Positions 10,047 to 19,861 of a stretch of DNA of 45,005 nucleotides are shown here, in pieces. Position numbers and translations under genes: made by a program. Source of the stretch: Myxococcota bacterium (lineage in GTDB: Bacteria > Myxococcota > XYA12-FULL-58-9 > JABJBS01); assembly GCA_036339465.1 (NCBI GenBank), contig JAYZAY010000070.1, forward strand, positions 1-45,005. The letters are read 5' to 3'. Below the pieces are notes generated by a model. That model was not told the DNA's origin and ran no database searches. It saw nothing but the letters and a program-made list of their open reading frames with translations. The stretch's first letter is position 1, and each line of letters starts with the position of its first letter.

Positions 10047-10949
10047 ATGAGCATTATCACGGATACCTTGGGCCGAATCGGCCTCTTCGTTTTGTCGGTT
10101 GGTTTACTGAGTTTGACGGCCGCTTGTGGAGGTTCGAATCTTTGTAATGGCTATGAGCGACTCTGTGACCTAAAACTCAATGAAGTCACTTTCCCCGCTA
10201 CCCACAATTCCCATGCATCCGAAGAGCTGGAGTACAACGAAGTGGCGATGACTCAATTCGATGCCATGGACAAGCAATTGGCGGCGGGTATTCGCGCTTT
10301 GGGGATCGATGTTTACTTCGACGACAGCGGGTCAAAAATTCCCCTTCTCTGCCACGGTGGTTGCAAGTTAGGAAGTCAACCTTTGGTCGATGGTTTGAGG
10401 AGCATCACTGATTTTATCGAGGCCAATGAGCGGGAGGTTTTGGTGCTTCTCGTACAGAATGAGATCCCTGACACCGCTTTGGTGGATTTTCTTTCCCAAA
10501 ACGAAATTTCCGAGTATTTTTATACCCATCCAGCCGGCCAACCTTGGCCGAGCCTCTCTACTTTGATAGAAGCCAATGCCCGAGTGGTGATGTTTAGTAC
10601 CACCCAAAACACGGGAGCGCCGGGCTGGTATCACAGCCAAGAGGATTATGTGCTTTCCACCAACTTTGGCGCCAAGGAGGAGGCGCAGTTAAGCTGTGAT
10701 TTTCCAAAAGCTATCGAGGACAATTCTCTTCTCTTATTGAAGCATGTTTTAGCCAACCCCATTGCCTTGCCGGATCTGGCCGAGGTGGTGAATACCCAAG
10801 CATCCTTGCGGACTCGAGTGGAGGCGTGCAGCCGGGGATGGAAGCGTAATCCCAATATTATTCAGGTGGATTTTCACACCATCGGGGACTGGCGAGAAGT
10901 GGTGAAGGAGTTGAATACCGGGAGGTTAACGCCGGTCGCTAATCCATAA
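10047..10949 (+). CDS. PI-PLC X-domain / PLC-like phosphodiesterase lipoprotein
   Basis: AGGAG then ATG 10047; lipobox LTAA-C; CNG..RLCD..LNEVTFPATHNS, QLAAGIRALGIDV, LCHG, FIEANEREV, PNIIQVDF. Confidence 0.8.
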   Translation: MSIITDTLGRIGLFVLSVGLLSLTAACGGSNLCNGYERLCDLKLNEVTFPATHNSHASEELEYNEVAMTQFDAMDKQLAAGIRALGIDVYFDDSGSKIPLLCHGGCKLGSQPLVDGLRSITDFIEANEREVLVLLVQNEIPDTALVDFLSQNEISEYFYTHPAGQPWPSLSTLIEANARVVMFSTTQNTGAPGWYHSQEDYVLSTNFGAKEEAQLSCDFPKAIEDNSLLLLKHVLANPIALPDLAEVVNTQASLRTRVEACSRGWKRNPNIIQVDFHTIGDWREVVKELNTGRLTPVANP

Positions 10950-11508
10950 GATTTCGATATTTGGGATCTTGCTCTAGAAAATAGAAGGCATTGATAACCA
11001 GGCCGTGGCTAATTTTACCTTCCATAATGTATTTCCGGATTTGATTGAGGGGAACCAACTCCACGCGAATTTCCTCGTGGAGATCGGGTTGGGTTTGGCC
11101 GGTGGCGGTGACGTTTTCGAGCAACACGTGACCGCACCAATTTTCTTGGATGGCGGGATTGGGGGCGACTTTTCCGAGGAGTTTTGCGCCCTCTCCCACG
11201 AAACCTGTTTCCTCTTCCAATTCTCTTAGTCCGGCTACCTCATAGCTTTCATTTCCATCGACCATGCCCCCTGGGATTTCCAGGGTCATGTCGTCGAGGC
11301 CGTGGCGGTATTGTTCGATGAGCACCACTTCCTGGTAGGGAGTGAGGGCGATGGTATTGACCCACCGAGGGCAGCGAAGAGCGTAGAATTCTCCTGCAAT
11401 TTCGGGTCGCAATTTCGAACGAGTTCGTCGCTTGAGGAGCTGAAAAATACGCGTATCGAAGGCGACTTCCTCATTTTCAATATCCCAGGGCTCTAGCTTG
11501 TCATACAT
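10939..11508 (-). CDS. NUDIX hydrolase (ADP-ribose pyrophosphatase-like)
   Basis: Nudix box GMVDGNESYEVAGLRELEEETG, EQYRH, LEIPGG; 11-bp convergent overlap with the PLC gene. Confidence 0.9.
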   Translation of the reverse strand: MYDKLEPWDIENEEVAFDTRIFQLLKRRTRSKLRPEIAGEFYALRCPRWVNTIALTPYQEVVLIEQYRHGLDDMTLEIPGGMVDGNESYEVAGLRELEEETGFVGEGAKLLGKVAPNPAIQENWCGHVLLENVTATGQTQPDLHEEIRVELVPLNQIRKYIMEGKISHGLVINAFYFLEQDPKYRNLMD

Positions 11509-11820
11509 CCCAATCTCCTATGCCGTTGTTTCTGGCTCTAATGGGCAGGCGGTACCCGGGTGATATGATTTTCGTTATGGTATGTCTAATGGACTTTCCT
11601 CGTGGCACTCAGATTGTTGTCAAGGGGAAATGAGCAAACTAAATGAGCGACCCGGGGCGTGTGCAGTTATGTGAAGATAGAATTTTTAATCATCGACGAT
11701 GTTTCTCTGTGTTTTTGATTGCATGGGGAGTACCGACTCTCGGAAGAAGCTGGTAAGCTATGGATTAGGAATATGAACTGAGCGCGCCTTTTGGGGCGGG
11801 GAGATGGGCGGAGAATAAGA

Positions 11821-12249
11821 ATGAATGCGCTGACACCGTTGTGGTCTGAAATAGAGCGTGCCGATATTATCGAGGTTCTTACGGACCGATGGAATGACCA
11901 CATGAATGATGATGAGAATTTTAGTATTGCTGCCGATGCGCTGGGCACCGAAGTGGTGGTTCGGTTGGACTTGGGGGATGTAAAGGCCGATTATCTTTAT
12001 AAGATTGAGGTGGGGATCGATCATGATCGTTTTAGCTTGTCCCGCTCCGAAGCGTTGGATGTTTTACTCAATGTTATTGATGTTTATCTGGAAGATTATT
12101 TGACGGAGGGCCGTCGTTCAAATCTTCCCATCAATTGGCGACCCTCTGAATATGACCGTATGGAAATCCAGATTAGAGGCGAGTTGCTTCGCCCTCGACT
12201 TGAGGCCATGGCGGATGAATGGTTGGAGCGTGGCAATACCATGCATTAG
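11821..12249 (+). CDS. Hypothetical acidic protein
   Basis: GGAG then ATG 11821; 142 aa with natural composition; fills the intergenic space. Confidence 0.65.
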   Translation: MNALTPLWSEIERADIIEVLTDRWNDHMNDDENFSIAADALGTEVVVRLDLGDVKADYLYKIEVGIDHDRFSLSRSEALDVLLNVIDVYLEDYLTEGRRSNLPINWRPSEYDRMEIQIRGELLRPRLEAMADEWLERGNTMH

Positions 12250-12345
12250 AGCGATGAAGTAATAACCTTCAATAATATCACATTTCAGACAGGATATGGG
12301 CGGACCCGGCGGGTTTTGAAAAGGCTGTCGATGTTTTTAGGATTT

Positions 12346-13572
12346 TTAGCATTCCACTAGGATTAAGGTAAGATCATCGCCAATTTTAACGTCTCCACAG
12401 TGCTTGTGTACAGCGTCTAGAATTTCCGTGAACCGATTTTCGTGGCTTGAGTTAGCCAGCGCTTGAACCAGGCCCTCTTGTGTAAATTCATGTCCCTCAG
12501 AGTTCAAAGCGTCGAGAAGTCCATCGGACAACATCAAGAGTTGGGCAGTATCGTGCCACTGAAATTTCTCTGTTTTACTTTCGAAAGATTTTTCATTCAG
12601 GATTCCAAGGGCCATGTTTCTCGATTTGAAAGAATGCAGAATGGTACCTTCCTTACTAATTACCAAGGTATCCGGATTTCCCCCATTCCATATTTCGAAG
12701 ACCTTATTGTCATAGTCGATGGCGGCTAAGGTGGCGGCGACAAAACGGTTTGAGGGGGAGTATTCTCCCACGGTGGAATTCATTTCGTGTAGAATTTGAG
12801 TCATTGAAAACCCACTTTTCACCATCTTGTAAAAAATTCGCGTAATGGGCAGCAAATTAATGGCGGCGGGAAGCCCATGCCCGGTGGCATCGACCAACAT
12901 GACATATAGGATATTATTCCACGCTCGAGTGGCTAAAACTAAATCTCCACTAAATCCCTCAGCGGGGATATTGCAGATTTTCAAACAAGGATCTTTGAGT
13001 CCAGGGTCGACAGTCATCAACGTCATTAAATGGCGGAGTAGGCGCTTCTCTTCCTCAGCGCTTTCGTAATATCTCTGTAACTCGGCGGTGGTTGCCTCTA
13101 ATTGCTTGGCGATTTCCCTTTCCTTGGACATGGCTCGGGACTCTGCAATCATATATTCTTGAAGTTTTTGCTGATTGCGGGCCATCACCACATAGCCGAT
13201 ATGTTCCCCAGATGGATCGATGATTTTATCCCCAGTGGCAGATAGAACCACCAGTTTTCCTTGGCTGGTTCGGAATGATACATCGGTGTCTTTGATGCTA
13301 CCAACCAGAAAGGCCGCTTCGATTCCTTCGAGAAAATAAAGGTTTCCGGTTTGGATTACGGTACTGACGGGTTCGCCGACAATGACATCCTGGACCTGTC
13401 CGATCACTTCCAAGAGTGCTCGGTTGATGTATTTGATGGTCAATTTGGGGTCTAAGATCAAAATCCCGTCGGTCATGGCATCAAGGGTGGCGGCCAGTTC
13501 CGACTCACTAAGGTTGGTAGTGAGGAGTTGAAGTCCGGGGGCTTTCATTTTTTGGTTGTTGGTTTCTTGCAT
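12346..13572 (-). CDS. PAS-domain PP2C/SpoIIE (RsbU-like) phosphatase
   Basis: PAS (LDAMTDGILILD...YINRA), coiled linker, PP2C motifs SGDL, VDATGHG, SDGLLD and GDDLTL; start may be 13572 or 13611. Confidence 0.85.
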   Translation of the reverse strand: MQETNNQKMKAPGLQLLTTNLSESELAATLDAMTDGILILDPKLTIKYINRALLEVIGQVQDVIVGEPVSTVIQTGNLYFLEGIEAAFLVGSIKDTDVSFRTSQGKLVVLSATGDKIIDPSGEHIGYVVMARNQQKLQEYMIAESRAMSKEREIAKQLEATTAELQRYYESAEEEKRLLRHLMTLMTVDPGLKDPCLKICNIPAEGFSGDLVLATRAWNNILYVMLVDATGHGLPAAINLLPITRIFYKMVKSGFSMTQILHEMNSTVGEYSPSNRFVAATLAAIDYDNKVFEIWNGGNPDTLVISKEGTILHSFKSRNMALGILNEKSFESKTEKFQWHDTAQLLMLSDGLLDALNSEGHEFTQEGLVQALANSSHENRFTEILDAVHKHCGDVKIGDDLTLILVEC

Positions 13573-13732
13573 CAAATTCCCCGTAGACACTCTCGTAGAT
13601 AAGTAGAGCATAATCCGGTATGTAAAACCAACCCTGTTGAGAGAAAGGGGGAGCCTTTTACTTGGGAGTTGGAGAGGCGAGTGGAAAGCGGGAGGGGGTT
13701 GTATCTAGATTGCACCCTTGCACTGGATGATA

Positions 13733-13751
13733 ACCGAGGACCGAGGACCGA
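13733..13751. repeat. 7-bp tandem repeat ACCGAGG x2.7
   Basis: Copies at 13733, 13740 and partial at 13747, ending 2 bp from the hipA stop. Confidence 0.75.
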
Positions 13752-13753
13752 AC

Positions 13754-15010
13754 TCACTCTATTTGAGTCGAAAAAAGATTCAGAAATTGTCGTTGCCAAA
13801 GTAGGTTTTTATCGACCTCACTGAGTTGGGCTTCCTGGCAAACCGGTTCCCAATGGTCCTTGAGGATGGTGATCTGGCATTCAAAAATATCCCGGGCTTG
13901 GTCGGGTGTGAGCAAAAAGTTGTGGGCGGTGGCCAAGCAGGTTTTCAGCTGGCTGAGATTGCGATTCCCCGCGATGAGCATGGCCTGGGAGGCTTCCTGT
14001 CCGGAACGTCCTTGGGGGCAGATATCGTAGGCTGGGGTGAGGCAGAGATTTTTTCCGTCCCAAAATGCAGCATGATTGCGGGCGTGGTCGTCGGTGTTGC
14101 CGCAGAGGATATTGAACACGAGGCGGGAGAAGATCTCCCTGAGGGTTTCTTTGGGGGTGCTAAATTGGTGGCGGATGATTTCAGCGAAATCTTCGTAGCT
14201 TGCGTAGCGGGCCATCATGTCGTCGAGTCCGAGGAGCGTGAGTGCAGACACCATGGATTTTCGGGTCCAACCGTGTTCGGTGTGTTCACGATCAAACCGT
14301 TCGATGAGTAAGACATCTTTGTTGGCAGCCTTGACGATCTTGACGGGGGCGACCTTGAGCCCCGCGAGTGCGGCGAGTCTCATGGCGATGAATTCTGCTT
14401 TGACCACGCTGTAGAGGTCGCTACTGGAGGAAAACTTCGCTACGTATTTCACCCCTTGGTCTTCCACCAAGGCCTTGGGTCGGGCGCCCCCAATGGAGCT
14501 TCCGCGGAGAATGGCTATATCCAATTCCGGCGTGAGTGGCACTCCCCTCTCCACCCGCTCGGCGGAGGCCAACAATTCCTCGAGGGAAACATTGTTGGCT
14601 GATCGAGGTGCGTATTGCGTAGGCGAAGCTTGGAAGTCCAAGGCGCCGATGCGGTCGGAGCCCGATTCTAAAAGATAGGTGAGTTCATGAAGCTCGGCGG
14701 TGTCGGTGCTGGCGCGTTTCAATCCGAGTTTCTTGTTGAGAATAACCCTTCGCCCCCAAGCATCGGGGGCGGCATCCCGGATGGCGCTGGGCATGGTGAG
14801 TCCCTGAGGCAAGGGCAAAACACCCGGTTTGAGGGGAAGCTCGGGCTCATAGATGGAAATGGCATTGGCCCGCCCCATGTAGCTCTTACCATAGTTGAAG
14901 AAAATATTGGGTCCAGAGGACTCGAGCTTACCTGCTACCACGGGCTGGGTTTCGTGGGGGAGCCATATCCACACAAAGGCTTCTTGGGGGTTTACACTAG
15001 AAGTCATCAT
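13754..15010 (-). CDS. hipA: HipA family Ser/Thr kinase toxin
   Basis: N-terminal HipA-coupled domain (APDAWGR, DRIGAL), SIGGARPKA P-loop, VAKF, ERFDR, GNTDDHARNH, LTPAYD. Confidence 0.92.
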   Translation of the reverse strand: MMTSSVNPQEAFVWIWLPHETQPVVAGKLESSGPNIFFNYGKSYMGRANAISIYEPELPLKPGVLPLPQGLTMPSAIRDAAPDAWGRRVILNKKLGLKRASTDTAELHELTYLLESGSDRIGALDFQASPTQYAPRSANNVSLEELLASAERVERGVPLTPELDIAILRGSSIGGARPKALVEDQGVKYVAKFSSSSDLYSVVKAEFIAMRLAALAGLKVAPVKIVKAANKDVLLIERFDREHTEHGWTRKSMVSALTLLGLDDMMARYASYEDFAEIIRHQFSTPKETLREIFSRLVFNILCGNTDDHARNHAAFWDGKNLCLTPAYDICPQGRSGQEASQAMLIAGNRNLSQLKTCLATAHNFLLTPDQARDIFECQITILKDHWEPVCQEAQLSEVDKNLLWQRQFLNLFSTQIE

Positions 15011-15335
15011 CGACTGCTTTTGCAGGTTTGCGTACTGACTTGGGTAAGAGGGTCAGTTTGTCTTCGGTTTGTCTTAGGTGTTTGGTGAGGGTGGTTTTTT
15101 CGGCGTCGAAGAGATTCACTCCCACGATGGTGGCCACTTCAAACACCACGCCAATGCTGCATTTTAAATCCCCTTTCTCAATTCGCTGCAGAAGCCCTCG
15201 CGATACCCCGGCCCGGTCGGCGAGCTCTTGGGCGCTGAGTTTACGTTCCTTGCGGGCGGTGCGGATCAATCCCCCCAAGAGACTGATTGCCTCGCGGCTG
15301 TAACGGGAATAGGTTCGAGTGACGGTCTTGGGCAT
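14997..15335 (-). CDS. hipB: XRE-family HTH antitoxin (HipB-like)
   Basis: IRTARKERKLSAQELADRAGVSRGLLQRIEKG; overlaps the hipA start by 14 bp. Confidence 0.85.
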   Translation of the reverse strand: MPKTVTRTYSRYSREAISLLGGLIRTARKERKLSAQELADRAGVSRGLLQRIEKGDLKCSIGVVFEVATIVGVNLFDAEKTTLTKHLRQTEDKLTLLPKSVRKPAKAVDDDF

Positions 15336-15347
15336 GGTTTACCTTTT

Positions 15348-15479
15348 GATTCGTAAATGGACCATGATAACCTTTTAGGGTTCTCTTATGAACCAAGTTA
15401 ATTGGGTTTTATGTCGTTGTCAATAAATAGATGATTCACATATAGAGCAATATCATGGCTTATGACTCACAAGTAGGCC
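15348..15479 (-). promoter_or_regulatory. sigma70 promoter TTGACA-N17-TAACTT flanked by four 16-bp operator-like sites
   Basis: -35 at 15423-15418 and -10 at 15400-15395. Related sites at 15348 gattcgtaaatggacc, 15379 ggttctcttatgaacc, 15433 gattcacatatagagc and 15464 gactcacaagtaggcc. Confidence 0.65.
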
Positions 15480-15806
15480 TTTTGTTTGGGGGGAAGAGCC
15501 CGGAAATCGAGAATGGCTCGCCGAGAAGCAATGCCTAGGTGGTGGGCGTGTCGGAAGGGGCGTTCTTTTCAAAACCACCGTACAAGTTAAGTCATGGGCA
15601 ACTTTAGAATTCCGTCTGATTTTTTATTGCAATATGAGGCAGTTCGTGGGCTACGATTTTTCTTGAATGCAATGTTTTTGGGATGGAGGACCTGAGAGAC
15701 GCTCATCTTTCCGGCTCATTTTGAGTCGTTGAAGGTTGTATCCACGAAACTGAATTTGTTTTGGCTTCAATGTTTGATAAGCCAATTCGATGCCACAAGC
15801 TTAGGG

Positions 15807-15875
15807 AACCGAAAGACGGAAAACCGAAAGACGGAAAACCGAAAGATGGAAAACCGAAAGATGGAAAACCGAAAG
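15807..15875. repeat. 15-bp tandem repeat AACCGAAAGA(C/T)GGAA x4.6
   Basis: Copies at 15807, 15822, 15837, 15852 and partial at 15867; 5 bp from the fbaA stop. Confidence 0.95.
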
Positions 15876-15880
15876 CCCCT

Positions 15881-16960
15881 TTATTGGGCGCCAGCGATGG
15901 TTTTTCCTTGGGCATTGAGGTCGGCAAAAGCTTCTTGAAGTCGCTCTGCCATACTCTCTTCACCGGCTCGAAGCAGTTTTCGAGGGTCGTATATTTTCTT
16001 GTAGGGGGTCGCGTCGTTGGGATCGATTTGGTATTTAAAGGCCCGTGGATTTTTTTCTACATAGGTGCCTACGGCTTTGGCGAAGGCAAATTGGGTATCG
16101 GTATCGATATTCATCTTGAATACCCCATAGCCTATAGCCTCGGTGATTTTGGATTTTTCAGAACCCGAACCACCATGAAAAACCAAATTGAGGGGATTGT
16201 GCTCGGTCGTGTGTTTTTCTTGTACCAATTCTTGAGAATTCTTGAGGATTTCAGGTCGGAGTTTCACATTGCCGGGTTTGTAGACCCCATGCACATTGCC
16301 GAAAGAGGCAGCCACAGAAAAATGGCCGATGGGATTTAGCAATTCATAGGCTCGCAAAACATCTTCGGGCTGGGTGTAAAGCTTGGGATTGTCCACACCT
16401 TCCTCGATGTCGTGCCCTACCCCATCCTCTTCCCCGCCGGTAACGCCAAGTTCCATTTCCAAACTCATGCCGATTTTGGCCATGCGTTCCAAGACCCGCT
16501 CACATTCACCTAGGTTGTAATCGATATCTTCCGCAGAAAGATCGATCATGTGGGAGGTGTAGAGGGGCTTGCCCGTTTGTTCGAAATGCTTTTCCCCTTC
16601 AGAGAGGAGAGCATCGATCCATGGGAGCAGCTTTTTGTTGGCGTGGTCGGTATGAAGCACCACGCAAACGCCGTAGCCCTCGGCCATCAAATGAATGTGT
16701 TTAGCGGCGGATACCGCCCCCAAGACCTTGCCTTCCAAATCATTAGGATAGCCCTTGCCTGCGAAAAATTGAGCTCCCCCATTGGAGAGTTGGATAATCA
16801 CATCAGATTTTGCTTTGGCGGCTGCTTCCAAAACGGCGTTGATGGTGTTGGTTCCAACGACGTTGATGGCAGGTAGGGCATATCCACCTGCTTTAGCCGA
16901 TTCCACGAGGATTTTATATTCCTCTCCACTGACGACCCCTGGTTTTAGTTGCTTCTTCAT
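15881..16960 (-). CDS. fbaA: Fructose-bisphosphate aldolase class II
   Basis: ATG 16960 (MKKQLKPGVV, 359 aa); LHTDH, SHMIDLS, ELGVTGGEEDG, FGNVHGVYKPG, VFHGGSGS, KMNIDTD, YDPR. Confidence 0.95.
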   Translation of the reverse strand: MKKQLKPGVVSGEEYKILVESAKAGGYALPAINVVGTNTINAVLEAAAKAKSDVIIQLSNGGAQFFAGKGYPNDLEGKVLGAVSAAKHIHLMAEGYGVCVVLHTDHANKKLLPWIDALLSEGEKHFEQTGKPLYTSHMIDLSAEDIDYNLGECERVLERMAKIGMSLEMELGVTGGEEDGVGHDIEEGVDNPKLYTQPEDVLRAYELLNPIGHFSVAASFGNVHGVYKPGNVKLRPEILKNSQELVQEKHTTEHNPLNLVFHGGSGSEKSKITEAIGYGVFKMNIDTDTQFAFAKAVGTYVEKNPRAFKYQIDPNDATPYKKIYDPRKLLRAGEESMAERLQEAFADLNAQGKTIAGAQ

Positions 16961-17418
16961 ATTTATCTTTCCTTTTCCGGCTCTGGCGCGGGATGGCTTG
17001 GCCGCCCAATAATACGGAAGTGAGTGCTTGAAAAGGGAGAAGATCGTAAGCCAGGGGCAAATCTCAGGGATCTGCTGGTCACGGGGCAGATGCGCAATCC
17101 ATTGCCTATGTAATGGGAGGGAATGGATTGGGCGGAAGGCGAGAACCTTGTGGGGCGGTGATCTAGGGTTTTCGGTGTTTCTGGGGTTAAGCCAGGGGAT
17201 ACAAAACAAGCGCATCGCCTCGGCGGCCACTTTGAAAAACGAAGCAGTTTTAGTGTGTTAGAACATCTGCGAATTTCAGCGGAATCAATCATAGGCTTTC
17301 GGGGTATTGATGTCGCTTAGATATTTCTTCTCGGCCTGGAGTTTGTAATTGACAGATCTGATTGCCTTAGGTTGAATGCACGTCCAGAAATCCGTTCTCC
17401 TCACCCAAGGTATTGTTC

Positions 17419-18546
17419 ATGCTAAAACATGTCTTTGTGGCCTCTTTTTTGGTTTTTCATCTCAGCGCCTGTGCCACCGACGACTTATGCGGGGGCGGCT
17501 CCCCTTGCCAAGAGGGATCGGAAGTGGAAGCCGAAACGACGGGGATCTCCGATGCCACCGAGCTTGCGGGCGAAACCGATGCGACTTTGGGCCAGGATCA
17601 AACCATTGTGGCCTTCGATGATGTTCATGTCTTTTTTGGTTCTGAAAACAAACGAACCGTGGATTCCACGGTGAGTTTTCCAGCGTTGGAGCAGGCCTTC
17701 CAAAAAGTCACCCTGCATTTTCGATTGAAGTGCCCGTCTCATGGTGGTTGTGACCATTGGGATCGCAAGGGTTGGTTGGGACTTGTTCAGAATGCCGGTA
17801 CGGACGCTGAATCTGTGATGGAGCTTTGGCGATTTATTACGCCCTACCGAGTTGCAGTGGATTGGACCCACGACATGACAGATTTGCGTCCCCTCCTGGC
17901 GGGTGACGTTCAGCTTCGGGTATTCATCGATACTTGGGTTGGTCCTGGCCACAGCGATGGAGCGGGTTGGTTGGTGGATTTGGATTTTGAATTTGAGGGT
18001 GGGTTCCCAGAGCGGATCCCACTGGCGGTGATTCCGGTGTGGACTGCCCGGAGCTTCGAATATGGAAATCCCGAGAAGCCCACCGATACTGTCTATTCCG
18101 AATCTATCACTCTGCCAGAAGGTGTGAACTATGGCAGTTTACGGCTGTTGATCACTGGTCATGGTCAAGGCAACGCAGAATATTGCGCTGAGTTTTGTCC
18201 AAAAAACCACTATCTTACGGTGGAGAATCAGGCGTTTTCCGAAAGGATTTGGCGCAATGATTGTGCTGTGACTGCGGCGTCAGGGCAGTATGGCAATTAC
18301 GCCTCGCCCCGCGCGGGGTGGTGCCCCGGGGCATATGTCCGGCCTTGGACGGTGGATGTTTCATCTCAGGTTGCAGGCAAGAGCCAAATTTCGGTGGATT
18401 ATGGGGTTGAGGCTTATGAAAATACTTGTCTCCCAGGGGCTGAGCCATGCACGGGCTGTGTTTATAATACTGGATGTGATTATAACGGTGGTACCCATAC
18501 TCAATCCCATTATCTCTTTTCCGGATTACTAACGGTTTATCGCTAA
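17419..18546 (+). CDS. Peptide-N-glycosidase F-like lipoprotein
   Basis: Lipobox LSA-C; CDHWDR, ELWRFITPY, TDLRPLL, ITGHG, CAEFC, RAGWCPG motifs. Confidence 0.8.
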   Translation: MLKHVFVASFLVFHLSACATDDLCGGGSPCQEGSEVEAETTGISDATELAGETDATLGQDQTIVAFDDVHVFFGSENKRTVDSTVSFPALEQAFQKVTLHFRLKCPSHGGCDHWDRKGWLGLVQNAGTDAESVMELWRFITPYRVAVDWTHDMTDLRPLLAGDVQLRVFIDTWVGPGHSDGAGWLVDLDFEFEGGFPERIPLAVIPVWTARSFEYGNPEKPTDTVYSESITLPEGVNYGSLRLLITGHGQGNAEYCAEFCPKNHYLTVENQAFSERIWRNDCAVTAASGQYGNYASPRAGWCPGAYVRPWTVDVSSQVAGKSQISVDYGVEAYENTCLPGAEPCTGCVYNTGCDYNGGTHTQSHYLFSGLLTVYR

Positions 18547-18791
18547 CCGTTTTTCCTCCTTGGTTAAGGCTTTGGCCTATGGCCAGTTGGGGGCTCTCGA
18601 AAAGCGAGATTAGAAGAAAGCTGCAGCTGGGGGTTACTGATGCCCAAGCAACAAAGCCAAAAACAACAATCAAACCAAAAGTGTAACCCATGTTCTTAGA
18701 ACAAAATGTGCTCCGTGTTTTGGGCTGTATTGCTAATTTATTTGGCTTTTCCGTAGCGTGTGAATAACATGTTCCAATCTTTCGTTCTTAA

Positions 18792-19445
18792 ATGAGGGAA
18801 AATTCTGTGAACCACATAAAAATGAATCCACCGCCCTTGCCGGGGTTGGCCACGAAGCGTCATTGCATGATGGGAAGTATGCTTGTGTTATCCTGTGTTT
18901 TTCTGCTTTCCAGTTGTCTGGCGGTGAGTCGCACGCCCCCTTTAACGGGGAATCATGTAGATTCGGCTGTGCTCTATGGCGGCGTTGCCATTACTTCCGG
19001 CCAATTTAAAAGGGCCCACCAAACCATTGGCATTATTCAAATGACCCAAGAGGGTTTTAGGAACTATCTTTTTGGGGAAATCAATCACCGGGGCACCGAA
19101 TCTGCTGAAATCATGGGGGCCGTCGGGCGTTATGCCCTTGCCCAAGGGGCGCATGGAATTCAGCATTTCTCCCTCATCGATCGGACGCCCAAAAGTGAGG
19201 AAATGAGGAAAGTGGAGCAAGTTGGTCAGACCCTCAAAATTATAGGGGCCGTGGTCGAGGGAAAACATGGGAATGCGGCAGGTGCCGCGGCTGAAGGAGA
19301 AAAAACGGAATATTTGGTTAAAGGAGAATTGGTGAAATGGATTGAAGAAGCGCCAGTGCCGGTTTCGATTGTTCCTGAAGGGGGCCTTGATGTGGCAAGC
19401 TCGAAAACTGAAGAAACGCAAAATTTGGGGAGTGAAGAGCAATGA
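18792..19445 (+). CDS. Lipoprotein, YbjQ/heavy-metal-binding-like fold (putative)
   Basis: Lipobox LSS-C; ITSG..R....IGIIQ, AQGAHGI, GELVK; true start may be a downstream Met. Confidence 0.6.
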   Translation: MRENSVNHIKMNPPPLPGLATKRHCMMGSMLVLSCVFLLSSCLAVSRTPPLTGNHVDSAVLYGGVAITSGQFKRAHQTIGIIQMTQEGFRNYLFGEINHRGTESAEIMGAVGRYALAQGAHGIQHFSLIDRTPKSEEMRKVEQVGQTLKIIGAVVEGKHGNAAGAAAEGEKTEYLVKGELVKWIEEAPVPVSIVPEGGLDVASSKTEETQNLGSEEQ

Positions 19446-19843
19446 ACAAATTAAGTGCATTGGCATTGGCATTGGTGATGTTGGCCGCATGTTCGGTTCA
19501 AAACGCTTATGTCTATCCGGAATCGGTGCAGAAAAAATGGATGATTACCACAGGGGATGTGGATCGGCCCTATGACTCCTTAGGGTTTATCCAACTCACC
19601 AAAACCGGAGCGACCCTCTTTGGCTTCTGGGATGTTCTTGATGCGGATCTCAAAGGACTTTTTGAGCAAGACTTGCTCAAAGAGATTGAGAAAGCGGGAG
19701 CCGATGGCATCATCAATATGCATTTTCACGAAATTCAATACACCAAGGCCACTCGGATCTTTTTCGCGTTTCCGCTTTTCTTTATTCCCCTACCTCGCGC
19801 GGTGGTGGTTACTGGCGAGTTGGTGAAATTCAAGACGCAGTAG
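19442..19843 (+). CDS. Lipoprotein, YbjQ-like; paralog of the upstream gene
   Basis: Lipobox LAA-C; ITTGDVDRPYDSLG, AGADGIIN, VTGELVKF; ATGA overlap with the upstream gene. Confidence 0.7.
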   Translation: MNKLSALALALVMLAACSVQNAYVYPESVQKKWMITTGDVDRPYDSLGFIQLTKTGATLFGFWDVLDADLKGLFEQDLLKEIEKAGADGIINMHFHEIQYTKATRIFFAFPLFFIPLPRAVVVTGELVKFKTQ

Positions 19844-19861
19844 TTTTTGGCCCATTGAATC

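Noticed and set aside
15807..15875. Tandem repeats here and at 7539 and 25753 as CRISPR arrays
   Set aside because: Units are 9-15 bp, head to tail with no spacers, and there are no cas genes
15703..16339. ORFs with FPSFG/KPKDG/RKTEN repeats
   Set aside because: These are translations of the 15-bp DNA repeat, and the longest runs antisense to fbaA
16961..17230. 90-aa N-terminal extension of FbaA in the ORF track
   Set aside because: Homology starts at MKKQLKPG (16960), which has a purine-rich RBS and gives the canonical ~359-aa length
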